Numbered from the stretch's first letter, positions 29,847-43,931 are shown. The stretch is DNA of 64,000 bases from Eledone cirrhosa (GCA_964016885.1 OZ024747.1:58590001-58654000); one strand, 5' to 3'. The notes: a model not told the origin generated them from the sequence alone. Made by a program: numbers and translations.

Positions 29847-30460
29847 CAATGATGACTTATACAATTTACATCAATAATATATATAACATATGAATAATAT
29901 GATATATTTTATCATTTTCTCATATTTCCTTTATTAATATATACTATTGCCGACAGTATTGTAGCATTGTAGATGTTATCCGATTTATTGAAATGTTTAT
30001 TGATCAGTTATTGAATAGTCAGATGATCTCTAGTATAAACAGACTGGAAGCACTTTATCAATGTTGCATGCATTTCTGTGATCGATGATGGCTTCAGATA
30101 GGTTATCCAGTTCATTTAAAGATATGGTATGATGAAGGATAAAACAATATGATTGTATCATAGTGGTAATGTCTAATATAACCAACCTTTCTCTCTCTCA
30201 CACACACGTATATATACACACACACACACACAAACAAACACACATCCTTGCTATTTCCCCACACACAGTTTCTATTCTCCCTTACAATCTCTTTCTATCA
30301 CAATCCCACTGAATCACCATCTCTCTATTGCTCGCTATTTCTCCCACATGAGACGCTTCCAAAGCTTTATGAGTGAAATTTGGTGAACGGAAACTGCGGA
30401 AACCTACCGTATATATGTATAAATAACTTGGTCATTCTCTCTCCATTGATTATACATATA

Positions 30461-30491
<31 letters not shown>

Positions 30492-30610
30492 TTATTTATT
30501 CAATGGAGGGAAAATAACCATGTTTCCTTAAAGCAATTTAATCGGACATAAGTTCCAATGTATAACGACTTGTTTTGGTAAACTACAATATAACCATACA
30601 TATATTATGC

Positions 30611-30862
<252 letters not shown>

Positions 30863-31087
30863 ATATATATATATTTAAAATTGTAAGGAAGCCAAGAATA
30901 AGAAAAGAAATTATCTAGTCATACATCTCTACGGATGTTTCAGTACGGCAAGAATATCACATCCATTTACAGAGTAACTGGAAGGTATGAGTCAATAATT
31001 CTCCCTGATATGGGTACTTTATCCCAACCATGCATTGACCTCATCAAAGACAATAGTGAAGTACTACACTATAACTTCAGGTATGTC

Positions 31088-31147
<60 letters not shown>

Positions 31148-31876
31148 TAGTTGCAGGCTGAATAAGTTGGGTTGTATAACCCAACGAAACTTAAGTACCT
31201 GTATATGTCACTGTTGTAACTAATTATATAGAACTCGTCTTATAGACTGAGTGCTCGTTCCGTTGGATATTTCTACCAAACTTATACTATAGTATATATA
31301 TACCACGAGTGTACACATTATCATATATACACATGTGAGGCTGTATTTGCGCATATGCTTACGCTTGTCTCTGTGTTTAATTTCCCTAACATCAGTTTGA
31401 CGGAAAGCAGACAATAAAATAAGTGTCAGACTTCAAAGTTTCGGTAATGGGTTTCAATATGACTGTGTAAATCATGTTATAGCAGTAACCTACCATTGCC
31501 TCTGTCTAATGATTGAAACCAATAAAAGAGTGAAGGTGTAAAAAGTGTATAAACCTTCGCACCACAAATTTATTTATTGCTGATTTATTTCCACCGTCAT
31601 CTAATTCATTCAACAGATAATAAAAAGAATATTATAGTGGATTTCTGTCGGCTCCAATGATGATAATTGCTCCAGTTTGAAATACGGAACAGCCTGCTCT
31701 TGAAGTGAATGCGTAAGGGGTTGAATATTTTACAGGTAAGTGTAGACTAAACGTAATTTTCAGAGTGACAAATAGTGTGACATGTCTATTCCTGTAAATT
31801 ACAAACACACCGCATGTTTCTTTTGGTAGGATTTGATGAAGGTGAAAATAAACTGTCATTATAAAAGGAAACAATG

Positions 31877-32283
31877 CTGCACCGAGAATCGATCCCACAG
31901 CAGTACGACCGTAAACCGAGAACAGAACCCACATAAATACGACGGTAAGTTGAGAAGCGAACCCACTGCTGTACGACCGTGAGCCGAGAAGCAAACCGAC
32001 AGCCCTACGACCGTGAGCCGAGAATCGAAGCCACATAAGTTCGAGGGTAAGTTGAAAATCAAACACACAGCCATATGACCGTGAGCCGAGAATGGAACCC
32101 ACAGTTGTACGACCGTGAGCCGAGAATCAAGCCCACAGTAGTATGACCGTGAGCTGAGAATCAAACCCACAGACGTATGACCGTGAGCCGAGAATCGAAC
32201 CTACAGTCATACGACCGTGAGCCGAGAATCGAACCCACAATTGTACGGCCGTGAGCCGAGAAGCGTAACTACTAAACCGCACA
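31877..32283 (-). repeat. 34-bp tandem array (~11-12 units) derived from a tRNA-like SINE head
   Basis: Minus-strand unit ctcggctcacggtcgtac...gtgggttcgatt, preceded by A-box-like cggtttagtagtta. Confidence 0.85.
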
Positions 32284-33359
32284 CCTTAACATTCAACATA
32301 TAGAAAACAACGGTAATACCTGTTCTACGCCATACTTTTACCTTCGATGAAAGCAGCATAGAAACGAATAAAAAAAAATAGGAAATGAAGAAAATAATAC
32401 AAATAAAATAAATAAATAAATAAATATATAAAAGAAAATTTATTACTGAAAACAAAATGGAAGAAACGAAAAGAAAGAAAAATACGTTAAATTTTGTCTG
32501 TAAAATGATTGATCATTGGTTTGTATGAAAGGAATGGCTGTTCAATATAATTTCAAAGACTCCATTGATTGATTTTATATCAAAGTTTCGACGGGAAGAG
32601 AAAGCGAGTGTTGAATGGAATAGAACGGTAGTAGAATGAGTTAGATAGTGGGAGGAAGAATGGAAGAGGGAAATAGGGAGATAGTGAGAGGTAGAGAGAG
32701 GGGAGTGATAGGGGGGAGAGAAAGGGATAGGAGGAAGAGAAAGTGATAGGAGGAAGAGAAAGATATAGAGAGCGGGAGAGAGGAGAAAAGGGGAGTGAGA
32801 GGGAGAGAGGGGGGAGGAGAAAGGCATAGAGACAGTGAAAGAGGAGAGGAAGAAGAGAGACATAGAGAGTGGGAGAGAGGAAAGGAGGTTGAGGGGGGGA
32901 GAGAGAGGGAGAGAGACGAGAGGAGAAGGAAAGAGGGATAGAAAGAGTGAGAGGGGAGAAACGGATAGAGAGAGAGAGAGGAAGAGCAGAGGGGTAGAGA
33001 GAGAGAGAGTGAGAGAGGAAGAGCAGAGGGATAGAGAGAGAGAGAGTGAGAGATGGTTAGTAATAAAAGGAAAGATATAGAAAACTAGAGAAAGGAAATT
33101 GCGTAGAGAGGTATAGAAGCGAAGAGACGTGTACCGTGTTATACGGATGTTTGTAGATGTAGAGAGTTATATAAAATATATCGAGAGGTATAAGGTACAA
33201 AAGATGTAGATACATATATATATAGAGAGAAAGATTGATAGATAAATAGATACGTAGACAGACAGACAGATAGATAGATGGATACATTGACATTCATATA
33301 TATATATATATAAGTGAAAATAAGCAAGAAGCCAACAGTATTTCAAAATATATAAGTGA

Positions 33360-33900
33360 CTATAACGTCAAGATGGAAAATATTTAACCTAAGATATGGG
33401 AAAATAATTCCAACTCAATTAAAAAAAAGTCAAGACAGATTTTATCCACAGATTTTGTGAAATCCAGGGAAAAAACCAATAGAGTCTTACCTCAGAATAA
33501 ACTTAACGTTAAACACTCATCCTTCAATTTGGAAAAGCTACAAATACTCTATATAGTCTTAAAAATACTATTTAACGAAACTTTTCAGTGGGATTAGTCA
33601 CGGTTAGAACCGTTCATCAGTAGAGCTCAAAACACGATAACCAAAATCACTGCTAAAATATGCCAGAAAGGGAAATTAAAAGCAGGCTCGTGCACCTCGT
33701 GTGGAATTATGGAAATAAACACACATGGAGAACATGGCTAGTGACGTCAGAATGAGACGAATGCCTGTTTACAAGAAACAGCAGTCAAAACATTCCGAAA
33801 AAAAATCAACAAAAATGTAATATACCAATATTATCGCGGTTTTAAAAAAAAAGACCGGGATTAGACACATATAATTTTAAACAATCTAGGAAAAATTCCG
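33360..33900 (+). mobile_element. Possible decayed L1/Tx1-like ORF2 C-terminal zinc-finger fragment
   Basis: ETFQW...GSCTSCGIMEINTH resembles the Cx2C...H zf-RVT region; several stops. Confidence 0.25.
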
Positions 33901-33988
33901 AGTATGAATATAAATGAAAATAGATAAATTAATGTGAGCATATATATATGTACATAAAAAAATGTTGAGTTGTATAGGTAAATACAGT

Positions 33989-34052
<64 letters not shown>

Positions 34053-34096
34053 GAGGTTATATTTAGTGGAGTAAATATACAATATATTAATAAATG

Positions 34097-34160
34097 TATT
34101 TTATCTGATGAAAACGCATCATAATTTACCTTGGTCGCCCTTGAAATATATAATAAAATA
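34097..34160 (+). ncRNA. Type I hammerhead ribozyme motif in a ~150-bp element (34050-34202) flanked by (TA)n; same family as 27645
   Basis: tattttat-CTGATGA-(degenerate helix II)-GAAA-tatata-ataaaata; perfect 8-bp helix I; 3' tail atggttttataaatatagttt shared with the 27645 copy. Confidence 0.65.
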
Positions 34161-34202
34161 ATTATGGTTTTATAAATATAGTTTCCATTTATTAATATAT
34201 TG

Positions 34203-34235
<33 letters not shown>

Positions 34236-34469
34236 TAAGTGTACACACAGACACACACACACATATATATATATATATAGTAGTGGAAGTGGAGGATCGA
34301 CCGCGAGCTCGGCGGTTTTGGGTGTGCGGGCGAGCACGTGTTTCTGTGTATGAATGCGCGCGTGTGTGTGTGTGTATATATACAGTGCGTAAATGAGAAT
34401 AACATGGGGTACAATCGGTACAGGAAGATTAAAGAGAGCTTAATCAAAATGAGACAAATGAAAGATAAT

Positions 34470-34650
34470 AATTGTCTCTACTTTTGGCACAAGGCCAGCA
34501 ATTTCCCAGTACATTACTGGTACTTTCTTTTATCGACCCCCGTAAGGATGAAAGGCAAAGTTAACCTCGGCGGGATTTGAAACCAGAATGGCAAGGGTCG
34601 TAACTCTATGCGGCAGAGCATGGTGTCCAACCTTCCACCGATATTGCCAA
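34470..34650 (-). mobile_element. tRNA-derived SINE
   Basis: Consensus match, reverse strand. Confidence 0.9.
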
Positions 34651-34797
34651 TAATAATGTAAAAAAGGAGCGATGGAAGTGGACAAGGAGGGGGAAGTGGA
34701 CAAGGAGGGGGAAGGTGTGAGTTGATAGAAAGATATAGAATGAAATATAACAAGATATTCCATGTATACACACACATATGTATGTGTGTGTGCGTAT

Positions 34798-34856
<59 letters not shown>

Positions 34857-34996
34857 TATATATATACACACACACGTATATATATACACACATATATATA
34901 GACACATATATACACACACATATATACACGCATACACATATTCAAACACACATATATACACACACATGTAACACAACAATTTAAATATAACTTTCC

Positions 34997-35025
<29 letters not shown>

Positions 35026-35028
<3 letters not shown>

Positions 35029-35123
35029 GGTGTTCGAAAAAGTGTATACACATTAACAGCATCCTAATACATATTGCCTGTACGGTTGACCAAAGTGTGT
35101 ATACATTTTTTTGGAAAACCCTG
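35026..35123. mobile_element. 98-bp Tc1/mariner-type MITE
   Basis: Imperfect TIRs cagggtgttcgaaaaagtgtatacac / gtgtatacatttttttggaaaaccctg; right flank TA, left flank CA. Confidence 0.75.
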
Positions 35124-35156
35124 TATGTATATATGCGTATATAATATATATATATA

Positions 35157-35205
<49 letters not shown>

Positions 35206-35889
35206 TTATACATGTATACAGATACACACATATATACATACATGCTTACATACATACAAGGGATGAGCATTTCTTATCTCTTATAACCTTGCCACCAGGA
35301 AGGTGGCCGGTCAAAAATATACTCGAAATTAAGAGAAAGATATAAACATACATACATGGTGGCTGCCAACTCGTATTCGAGTACGGCCACTACTTTATAT
35401 CCATGTAGGAGAACCCCTACTGATGCGCTGAACGAGTGTGACCTTTTAGTCCAGCCAGCGACTTGAAAACTCTGGTACAAACACTACAGTTGTGACAATT
35501 ACTGACACATAGTGCTGGGCCCATTGTACCCTGGATGACAAGTGCAGAGAGATCTCCAGATATAAAACAATGCCTGTGCCGTGACGTGAAGCTTTTATAG
35601 TGAACAAAGGCACTGCACAAAGCCAGTCCCACTCTCTTAACCAAGATGATATTTACCAAAAAGAAGAACAAGTCAACATCATTGGATACCATCAGGGTTG
35701 CAGGTGTTATATCAGAGTTTTCCTTCTCCTAGAATTCTACCTTGACAAAGGCTAAGGGGTCATCTCTCCCGGTGATTTTGGATTGCCATTGACTCTTAAG
35801 ATCTCCTTTGCCCTTTGAGAAGTTTTGTTTTTAGTCCTGCAGGATGTCCAAAGTCACCCTCCTCACCAAGAAACCTTGGTGGGGTTGCA

Positions 35890-36208
35890 CATACATATAT
35901 ACATACATACCTACATATATATATATATACCTACATACCTACATACACACATACATACCTACATATATACATACATACAGACATACATACCTACATATAT
36001 ACATACATACACACATACATACCTACATATATACATACATACACACATACATACCTACATACACACATACCTACATACCTACATACACACATACATACCT
36101 ACATATATACATACATACATACATACACACATACACACATACATACATACATACATACATACATACATACATACATACATACATACATACATACATAACA
36201 TACATACA
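35890..36208. repeat. (TACA)n-based compound microsatellite
   Basis: Directly visible. Confidence 0.95.
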
Positions 36209-37124
36209 TTGAAGACGCACAAATGAAATATTTCAGATGAATTCTATGTTAAATAGAAATAATATACAAAATTTAAATACTGTAAAGAAGAGATGAGGAC
36301 AGGGAGAAGGAAAGGTAGGGTGAATAGATGTGTTATAGTTTTTGTTGTTATACGAGTTGTCGTTATTGCTGTGGTCGTTGTTGTGGTTATCCTCAGATAG
36401 CAATTTCTCAGGTAGGAATTGAACTGCTTACGAACCCACCATGGCATCGAAACCATAGTTATAGTTGAGACTCCTTGTGCTATCCCTTCCGGCTTATCTA
36501 ACACTTCATCGGAAGGTTAGCCCTCTCCATAGCAATGAAAGTATTTACCAACTATACAAAGCTCTACATTATTCTCAAGCCATGTGTGGTGATATCCCAT
36601 GTGCTCGCTCGACCTGCTAGAAATACCAAATAAGTTCCTTGAAATCAGCTTACACTATTAAAACAGGAAAGGACAAATTAAACAATGTTTTCCTAGGTTT
36701 TGTTGCAAAGACGGGATAGTTAGGGATGGAATATATTTATTAGCGTGTCTAATCCAGCAACGCAGACCCGGTGTTAAACTACATTTACGCAGTTGCACAA
36801 CATGTATGGAACAGCGAAATTTCTGTTAAATTTCACTTAATTCAGTCAGGAAATATTGAGATTAAATATTTATATCTTGGAATAAAATAATTCCCGTAAG
36901 TCGGAGTGAGTGTCATTGGAATGTCCAGGATTATATATTTTTTCAATCAGAGTTGTCGAGTTTAGGCGAAACAAAAACAAATAAACCACTATCTATTAGG
37001 TAGCATAAGCTAAAATATTTTCTCTGTTCTTATATATAGAAGTTAATGGCTGAAACACACGCTTGTGGAGGGTGGGAATTCCTTCTCTGAAGACTGCTGC
37101 TGTCCAACTCTCCTGAGAGTTTCT

Positions 37125-37189
<65 letters not shown>

Positions 37190-37214
37190 AACGTAGCCAT
37201 CCTTAGTGGTGGGT

Positions 37215-37264
<50 letters not shown>

Positions 37265-37288
37265 ATATATATATATAGAGAGAGAGAG

Positions 37289-37492
37289 ATAACAAAGAAA
37301 GTGTGGTAAGATACCAGGTGGACCATGATACATCAGAGTACTCGATACATAAGTTAGTAGAGTGGGTAATAGGAAAAGAGTCAGGACCCCGACGGCAGGG
37401 TTCCGGCGTTTCGACAGCTGGATCCGAACTGTTCGGATCTTGCAGTCGAAACGACCGGAGCTCAGCCGTCGAGGTCCTGACTCTTTTCCTAT
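37289..37492 (-). mobile_element. Short PLE pseudo-LTR-like element with ~124-nt imperfect palindrome (37369-37492); homolog of 63178-63364
   Basis: ataggaaaagagtcaggacc pairs with ggtcctgactcttttcctat; tail gtggtaag...ccaggtggacca...gtagagtgggtaat matches the reverse complement of 63284-63352. Confidence 0.75.
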
Positions 37493-37546
37493 ATATATAT
37501 TAGGCCATAATAATGGGATTGAATTCCTACCTATAAAATCACATAG

Positions 37547-38547
37547 TTACAGCATTGTTTCTCACAATATGGCCATGAGAAAAATAATAATAAGAATAAT
37601 AACCATCCTTACTCTAATACGAAGGGTAGTATCAAACTTAACTCGCACCAAAGTAGACACCAAAATATTATCAACAGAAATACCTCAATAGATATAAAAA
37701 ACAAAAATAGAAGAACTAATACATTTTTCAATCCCCCTTTCAATCTAAACGTCTCTACCAACTTACCTAAGGCTTTCTTCTCAATCCTAGAAAAAAACTT
37801 CCCATCTGGCCACAAGTACCATAATCTTATAAATAAAAACACCATTAAAATCTCTTACTCTACCGCACCTAACATAGCATACCATATAGCTAGTAGTAAT
37901 AAAAGAAAGATTAATACTTATTTTCAACAAATTAAAACACAGCAGGAGGTAAACTTTCAGAACAACTTAATAACTACAAACCCTAATAGCAATAGTAATA
38001 ATAGTATTAACACTAATGAAATCAATAACATTAGGAACGACACCTATCATAGCCCTAATACTATCCCCAGCAACCAGACTTCTACACAACATAATAACCG
38101 ACAAGATAACATCCAAAATAAATGTAACTGTAGATCAAATAGAACCTGCCCTTTAGGTAATGACTGCTTAATCAAGGACATCATTTATTCCTGCACGGTC
38201 AACACTATCAACTCTTCTAAAACATATATAGGCTCTACTTGGAACTGCTTCAAGACGAGATGCAACTCGCACCTCCACTCTTTCAAAAAACACAATCTAG
38301 CCAACTCCACTTCACTATCTAGCTACATACACTATCTGAAAACTAGTAATAGACCATATACACTTCAATGGAAAGTAGTAGGTTGGGCTGCATCGTATAA
38401 ACCACCTAATAAATTTTGTAACATCTGTCTCCTAGAGACCCATACTATAATCTTTCGAATCTTAACCTAAATAAAAAATCGGAAGTGTTTGCATCGTGCC
38501 AGCACCGCTTCCGACACTCATTCCAAAGTGTTAAACCTAATATATAA
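37547..38547 (+). mobile_element. 5'-truncated Penelope-like retroelement: RT thumb/linker plus C-terminal GIY-YIG endonuclease
   Basis: Open frame 37547-38470 without a start codon: FFNPPFNLNVSTN...NKNTIKISYS...KCNCRSNRTCPLGNDCLIKDIIY...KTYIGSTWNCFKTRCNSH...LQWKVV...FCNICLLE; frameshift near 38460 continues LNKKSEVFASCQH to a stop at 38547. Confidence 0.92.
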
Positions 38548-38669
38548 CAATGTCAGATTTGAACTCATCACCACCATTAGCACTTCACCTAAGACTTACC
38601 TTCCACCGCTGCATCACACCCTTTCCTCTACACAAATCATTTTTATCTATATATCATTTCTCTCTCTCT

Positions 38670-38746
<77 letters not shown>

Positions 38747-38749
<3 letters not shown>

Positions 38750-38803
38750 TTAAGTAAGTGCCGTACTAAGAGTGAGAAATGAAATTTCGTTTCATTCTAT
38801 TAC

Positions 38804-38871
<68 letters not shown>

Positions 38872-39105
38872 GTAATAGAATGAAACGAAATTTCATTTCT
38901 CACTCTTAGTACGGCACTTACTTAAATGTAAGTATGTATGTATACGTACATACATATATGTATACAGACGTACAGTAGTATGTATATATATACATACATG
39001 CACACATGTATGTGTGCATATATGTGTGCATGTATGTATATATATACATACTACTGTACGTCTGTATACATATATGTATGTACGTATACATACATACTTA
39101 CATTT
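38747..39105. repeat. Two adjacent inverted repeats in (TA)n: 61 bp (38747-38807 / 38868-38928) and ~84 bp (38924-39007 / 39022-39105)
   Basis: Arms are exact reverse complements by eye. Confidence 0.92.
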
Positions 39106-39106
39106 A

Positions 39107-39211
<105 letters not shown>

Positions 39212-39887
39212 GGGCGGTACCCCAGTATGGCCTCAACCGGATGGCTGGTACAGTTAAAAGAGTAAAAGATATACATATGTGTGTGCGTGTATATATTATG
39301 TATATATAAACTGTTTATTCTCTAAGAGGTTTGGTCTAACTGGAAGTTAAGTGGCTTGCTAGGCCAGAGACAACATGAAACTTGTACGTATTTTTACCTA
39401 TCCTGGTAGTTCTCTTAGACATTCGCAGCTTTCGAAACACAAAAACATTAAAAAATAACAAAACCCAGAGCAAAATAAAATAAAAGAACGATAGATGCGA
39501 TTAAATTCTTATAAGAATCAGCGTATGTGATTTGATTGGTTGAATATATATTTATTTATAATAAGAAACATAACAGAAGACATTTCTAGATAGGAGTGTT
39601 TTAACGAGAGTCTGCAACAGAGTAGTTATGTCATAAAATATAGTTTGGTTTTGTTTTCTTCTTCAAATATGTTTATTTCGATATTGCCATCGATATTTTC
39701 TCTCTGTAAATGTGTTTTGTATTTCTATTTTATTTTATTATGTTCGTAAAATATTAGTTATATTTCTGTTTCTTCTCATCATTTCTCTCATGAGTGTGTC
39801 TGATGTTATGCTAAGACTAATATAATTATTATGATGGTCCCCAGTCAACTGACCGTTATAAGGTTCGTATCATTATTGACCAATAAA

Positions 39888-40310
39888 AGGACGGTGGATT
39901 GGCAGTATCGGTAGAGAGTCGGCCACCATGATTTGCACCTTTTATGGTCTGAGTTCAAAACCCACCAAGGTTAGCTTTGCCTTTCATCCTTACGGGGTCG
40001 ATGAAATAAAGTACCAGTGATGCACTGGGGTCGATTTAATCGACTTTCCCCTCTCCACAAATTTCTGACCTTGTACCTATTGTAGAAATTATTATTGGCC
40101 AATAAAAGGGCGGTGGATTGGCAGTATCGGTAGGGCGTTGGATACCAGGCTTTGCAGCATAAACTTATGGCTCTTTACATTACGAGTTTAAGAGCCGCTG
40201 AGGTTAGGTTTTGATTCTGTCTCACGATACATCGTTTCAATAATATCTAATCCAATCCCGGAGAGGCTAGCTTTGCATTTCATCTTTACAAGGTCGATAA
40301 AATAAAGGAC
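39888..40310 (+). mobile_element. Two tandem SINE copies, each preceded by attattg(a/g)ccaataaaagg
   Basis: Consensus match; duplicated flank. Confidence 0.85.
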
Positions 40311-42699
40311 CTAGATTGCATTTTCAAATGTTTCATTTATAAGATGAACAGATATAATTTAATGTATATTTTCCTATGTTATTGGAATGATTTTTGGTCC
40401 CTAGTACGTGCTGTGAGGCGGATCTATGTAAAGGACAATGAGGTTGATAGGCTCAATGTCCAGGGCGGGCGGTGTTTCAGGTGCATCCCGCGGACAAAAC
40501 TACAGCGGCATTTCCACGGACAGTGACCAGGGACAATCGCTGCAACAGCCACCCCACCTCACGGGGTTCCTTCCTTCGTCGGGCTGCTGAAGATCATATG
40601 TTATGTAATTATACCTCACGTATCATAATACAGAAATCGAATGAGCAACCTGCACTGAACACTGTATAGTAGAAGTGTGGTGGGTGTTTAACGCCACCAC
40701 CTATCAACTCGTGTCCTTTAATGAAGATCAGTATGCTGCAAGCATTCTGATCAGTTCTTTGCTTTTTGGAACCATCGCCATTCCTTCCTCCCTCTCACCA
40801 GTCTCAGAATTCCTGAAAAGTGCTACGGGCAATGGCCGTTCCATCTCTGAACAAACAGTAAAGAGAACAAAACAAAAAAAAAACAGAAAACATTCATTTC
40901 TGAGAAAGTCTACCCATTTAAAATCTTAACGTCTCATTCAGAAACATGTTTTTAGCTACCGCTGTACGCTCACCACTCTAAAGAAAACGAAATATGATTA
41001 AATTCCTGTTTGTAGCAGCTTCTGTGTATTGATTGACTGAATATTGTATTTACATAATAGGTATAACCATTTCTAAATAGGAGTGTTTTAAGGAGAAGTT
41101 ACAACACAATGATGTAATAACACATTTTTCTACTTCTCTCTTCGCATTTTTCTCGATATTCGCATCTCTGTTCACCACAACGTAAATATATTTCACTTAT
41201 TGTGTTTTCGTACAATATCCGTGTTTGTTGTTGGGTTTTTTTTTGTGGTTTTTTATTTGTTTTTTTTTTTGTAAATTCTATTGCCTATGTTTTTTTATCA
41301 TCCTTTCTTGTGATTGTGTCTGATATTGAGCCTAATCTGACAAAACCAATAGCCTCACCAACAGCCGAATCAGCGTCCTAATGTCTAATGCCCATATCAC
41401 GTTTTAGATTATTAGGTTGTTTATGTTAAGCCTATGCTCAGCTATGATGGAGTATGCGTATACCGAAAGGCAATCCTTCTAAGAACATTTCATCTCGTCT
41501 TTCAGATATTTTGTATCTCAGGCGTTGATGTGTCATTTGTATAGCCCGTAGCATTGGAATTTGATGGACTCAATTTCAGTTTGTTTTGTATTTTTGCTTC
41601 CTTTCTTTTGCTAATCCGTTTGAGAAAGCATAAACATCTTAAAACATCCAACCACTCCTTTCATATGTCAGCGTTTTACCGTGTATCTAATAAAAAAAGA
41701 CAATTTTTACTAACGACTTATTCAAATATTGCTGATGTCTACTATGCATTTGATCCATAGAGTAGTGATAATATAATACGAATCAGGTAATACGATCGAT
41801 CCAATGGTCTTGATCTCTTTCCTGCATATCTGCCATCATGTAATACAATCGATACATACTCGTATTTGCTAGATACCTACGTAATATCTACAGTTCCTTA
41901 TTTAAAAACCTTTCTATGCATTTTTTAAAGCTCTATGTCAAAGGGATTGAGGAAGTAGTTAAGATATAGGATACAAGCAAGGTAGGGAAGTAAAGAGTTC
42001 GCTTTGCATCCCCGTGGTTCTAGGTTCAGTCTCCCCGATTGACACCGTGGGGAAGTGCCTTCTAGTATAGACATGGTTCAGTCAATGATTTGTGAGTGGA
42101 ATATGGTATGCAGACATTGCAATGTTTTATTGTGAAGGAATATCTCCACATAAAGATGGTACTGTCAAGTGTTTGTGCTACACACATAGCACCTACTCCA
42201 TCCACGTGTCCAGTGTCCATAACAAGCCAAGGAGAGATAACAGGACAGTTGCGTGGATCGCATATGTTAATGGCGTGGAGTTTAAGCTCTCCAGGATGTG
42301 TAGCCGCAATCACCACACTAGACCAGTTGCAGGTTGGTGAGTTTATTTCACCCTTAGTCGGGGTCGATGGCAGTTGACTCTGTAGAGTTAATCTGCCCAA
42401 TGACAGTTCTTATTATTGTGATGCTGGACTTCCATATACCCTCCTTCCCAGATCAGGGACTTGTGGGGGAGTCGGTTTAATCACCGTTCAGCTAACCATG
42501 AAACATATTGTACTGGACTACAGGTTGTACTGGGCTACATGGTTCCAGTAGCAGGCAGAAACATGAACTGGCATATATATATATATATATATATATATGC
42601 ATAAAGTTATCGAGCTTGAAACGCGAACGTATTAAAATTCGTAGAATAATGGAAAAAAAACTCAACGCAAGAAGAAGAACTGCAAAAACATCAACAGTA

Positions 42700-43258
42700 A
42701 TAATTGTTTCTATTATTGGCACAAGGCGAGCAATTACCCAGTACATTACTGGTACTTTATTTTATCGACCCCGTAAGGAGAAAAGGCAAAGTTAACCTCG
42801 GCGGGATTTGAACTCAGAATGGCAGGGGCCGTAACTCTATGGGTCAAACATGGTGTCCGACCCTCTACCGATACTGCCAATTCACCTGATTTCTACTATA
42901 GGCACAAGACCAACAATTAGGAGGAAGGGAAGATCGATTAAATCAATCCCAATGCATCACTGGTACTTTATTTTATCGACCCCGTAAGGATGAAAGGCAA
43001 AGCTAACCTTGGAGGGGTTTGAACTCAGAATGTAAAGAGCCGTAACTCTATGCCATGTAAAATGGTATCCAACATTCTACCGATACAATAATTGTTTCTA
43101 CTTCAGGCATTAGGCCAGCAATTTGAATGGGAGGAGAAAGTCGATTAAATCGACCCAGTGAATTATTGGAACTTTATATTATCGGCCCCGTAAGGATGAA
43201 ACGCAATGCCAGCCTCGGCATTTCAGAAGCTCTACCGATTCTGCCAATCCACCGCCCT
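42700..43258 (-). mobile_element. Three tandem SINE copies
   Basis: Reverse-complement consensus at 42700-42885, 42888-43085 and 43090-43258. Confidence 0.9.
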
Positions 43259-43640
43259 ACTGTTGTTTCTTAAGTTTGTTCCAACATTTATTAGCACACA
43301 ATATTTTACTGAAGCTTCTTTGAATCTGAAATATGGTTTCAACGTATTCTAATGACATGTACAACTCTATGAACAATTACGAGGAATTGTGCTGCATTTT
43401 TCTAACTAACATTTTACTTGTAGTCTATTTCAAAGAAGTGGAACTAACATAGCGATATACGGGATAATATCAAACCTCATAAACCCTAAAAAATGATTTG
43501 AGTATTAAATAACTTAAACTGATTTTATCGACGTTTCATGGTTATGTGACTGTAAAGTTAATGTTGAATGACTGTGAAATGGCCGTTATAGTAATGGTGA
43601 ATATTTTAACACACAGTGTGTGTGTGTATATATATACATA

Positions 43641-43753
<113 letters not shown>

Positions 43754-43754
43754 G

Positions 43755-43931
<177 letters not shown>

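Noticed and set aside
31877-32283. CRISPR-like look of the 34-bp array
   Set aside because: Variable part is only a few nucleotides, units are tRNA/SINE-derived, there are no cas genes, and the context is eukaryotic
33580-33625. Minus-strand CTGATGA followed by stem acggtt/aaccgt
   Set aside because: Stem is followed by GACT rather than GAAA; core incomplete
37047-37105. Permuted hammerhead (GAAAcac...CTGAAGA)
   Set aside because: No U-H cleavage site after helix III, and helix II does not pair
37547-38547. Selenoprotein-type (Naiad) PLE
   Set aside because: EN is C-terminal and there is no in-frame TGA in the open frame
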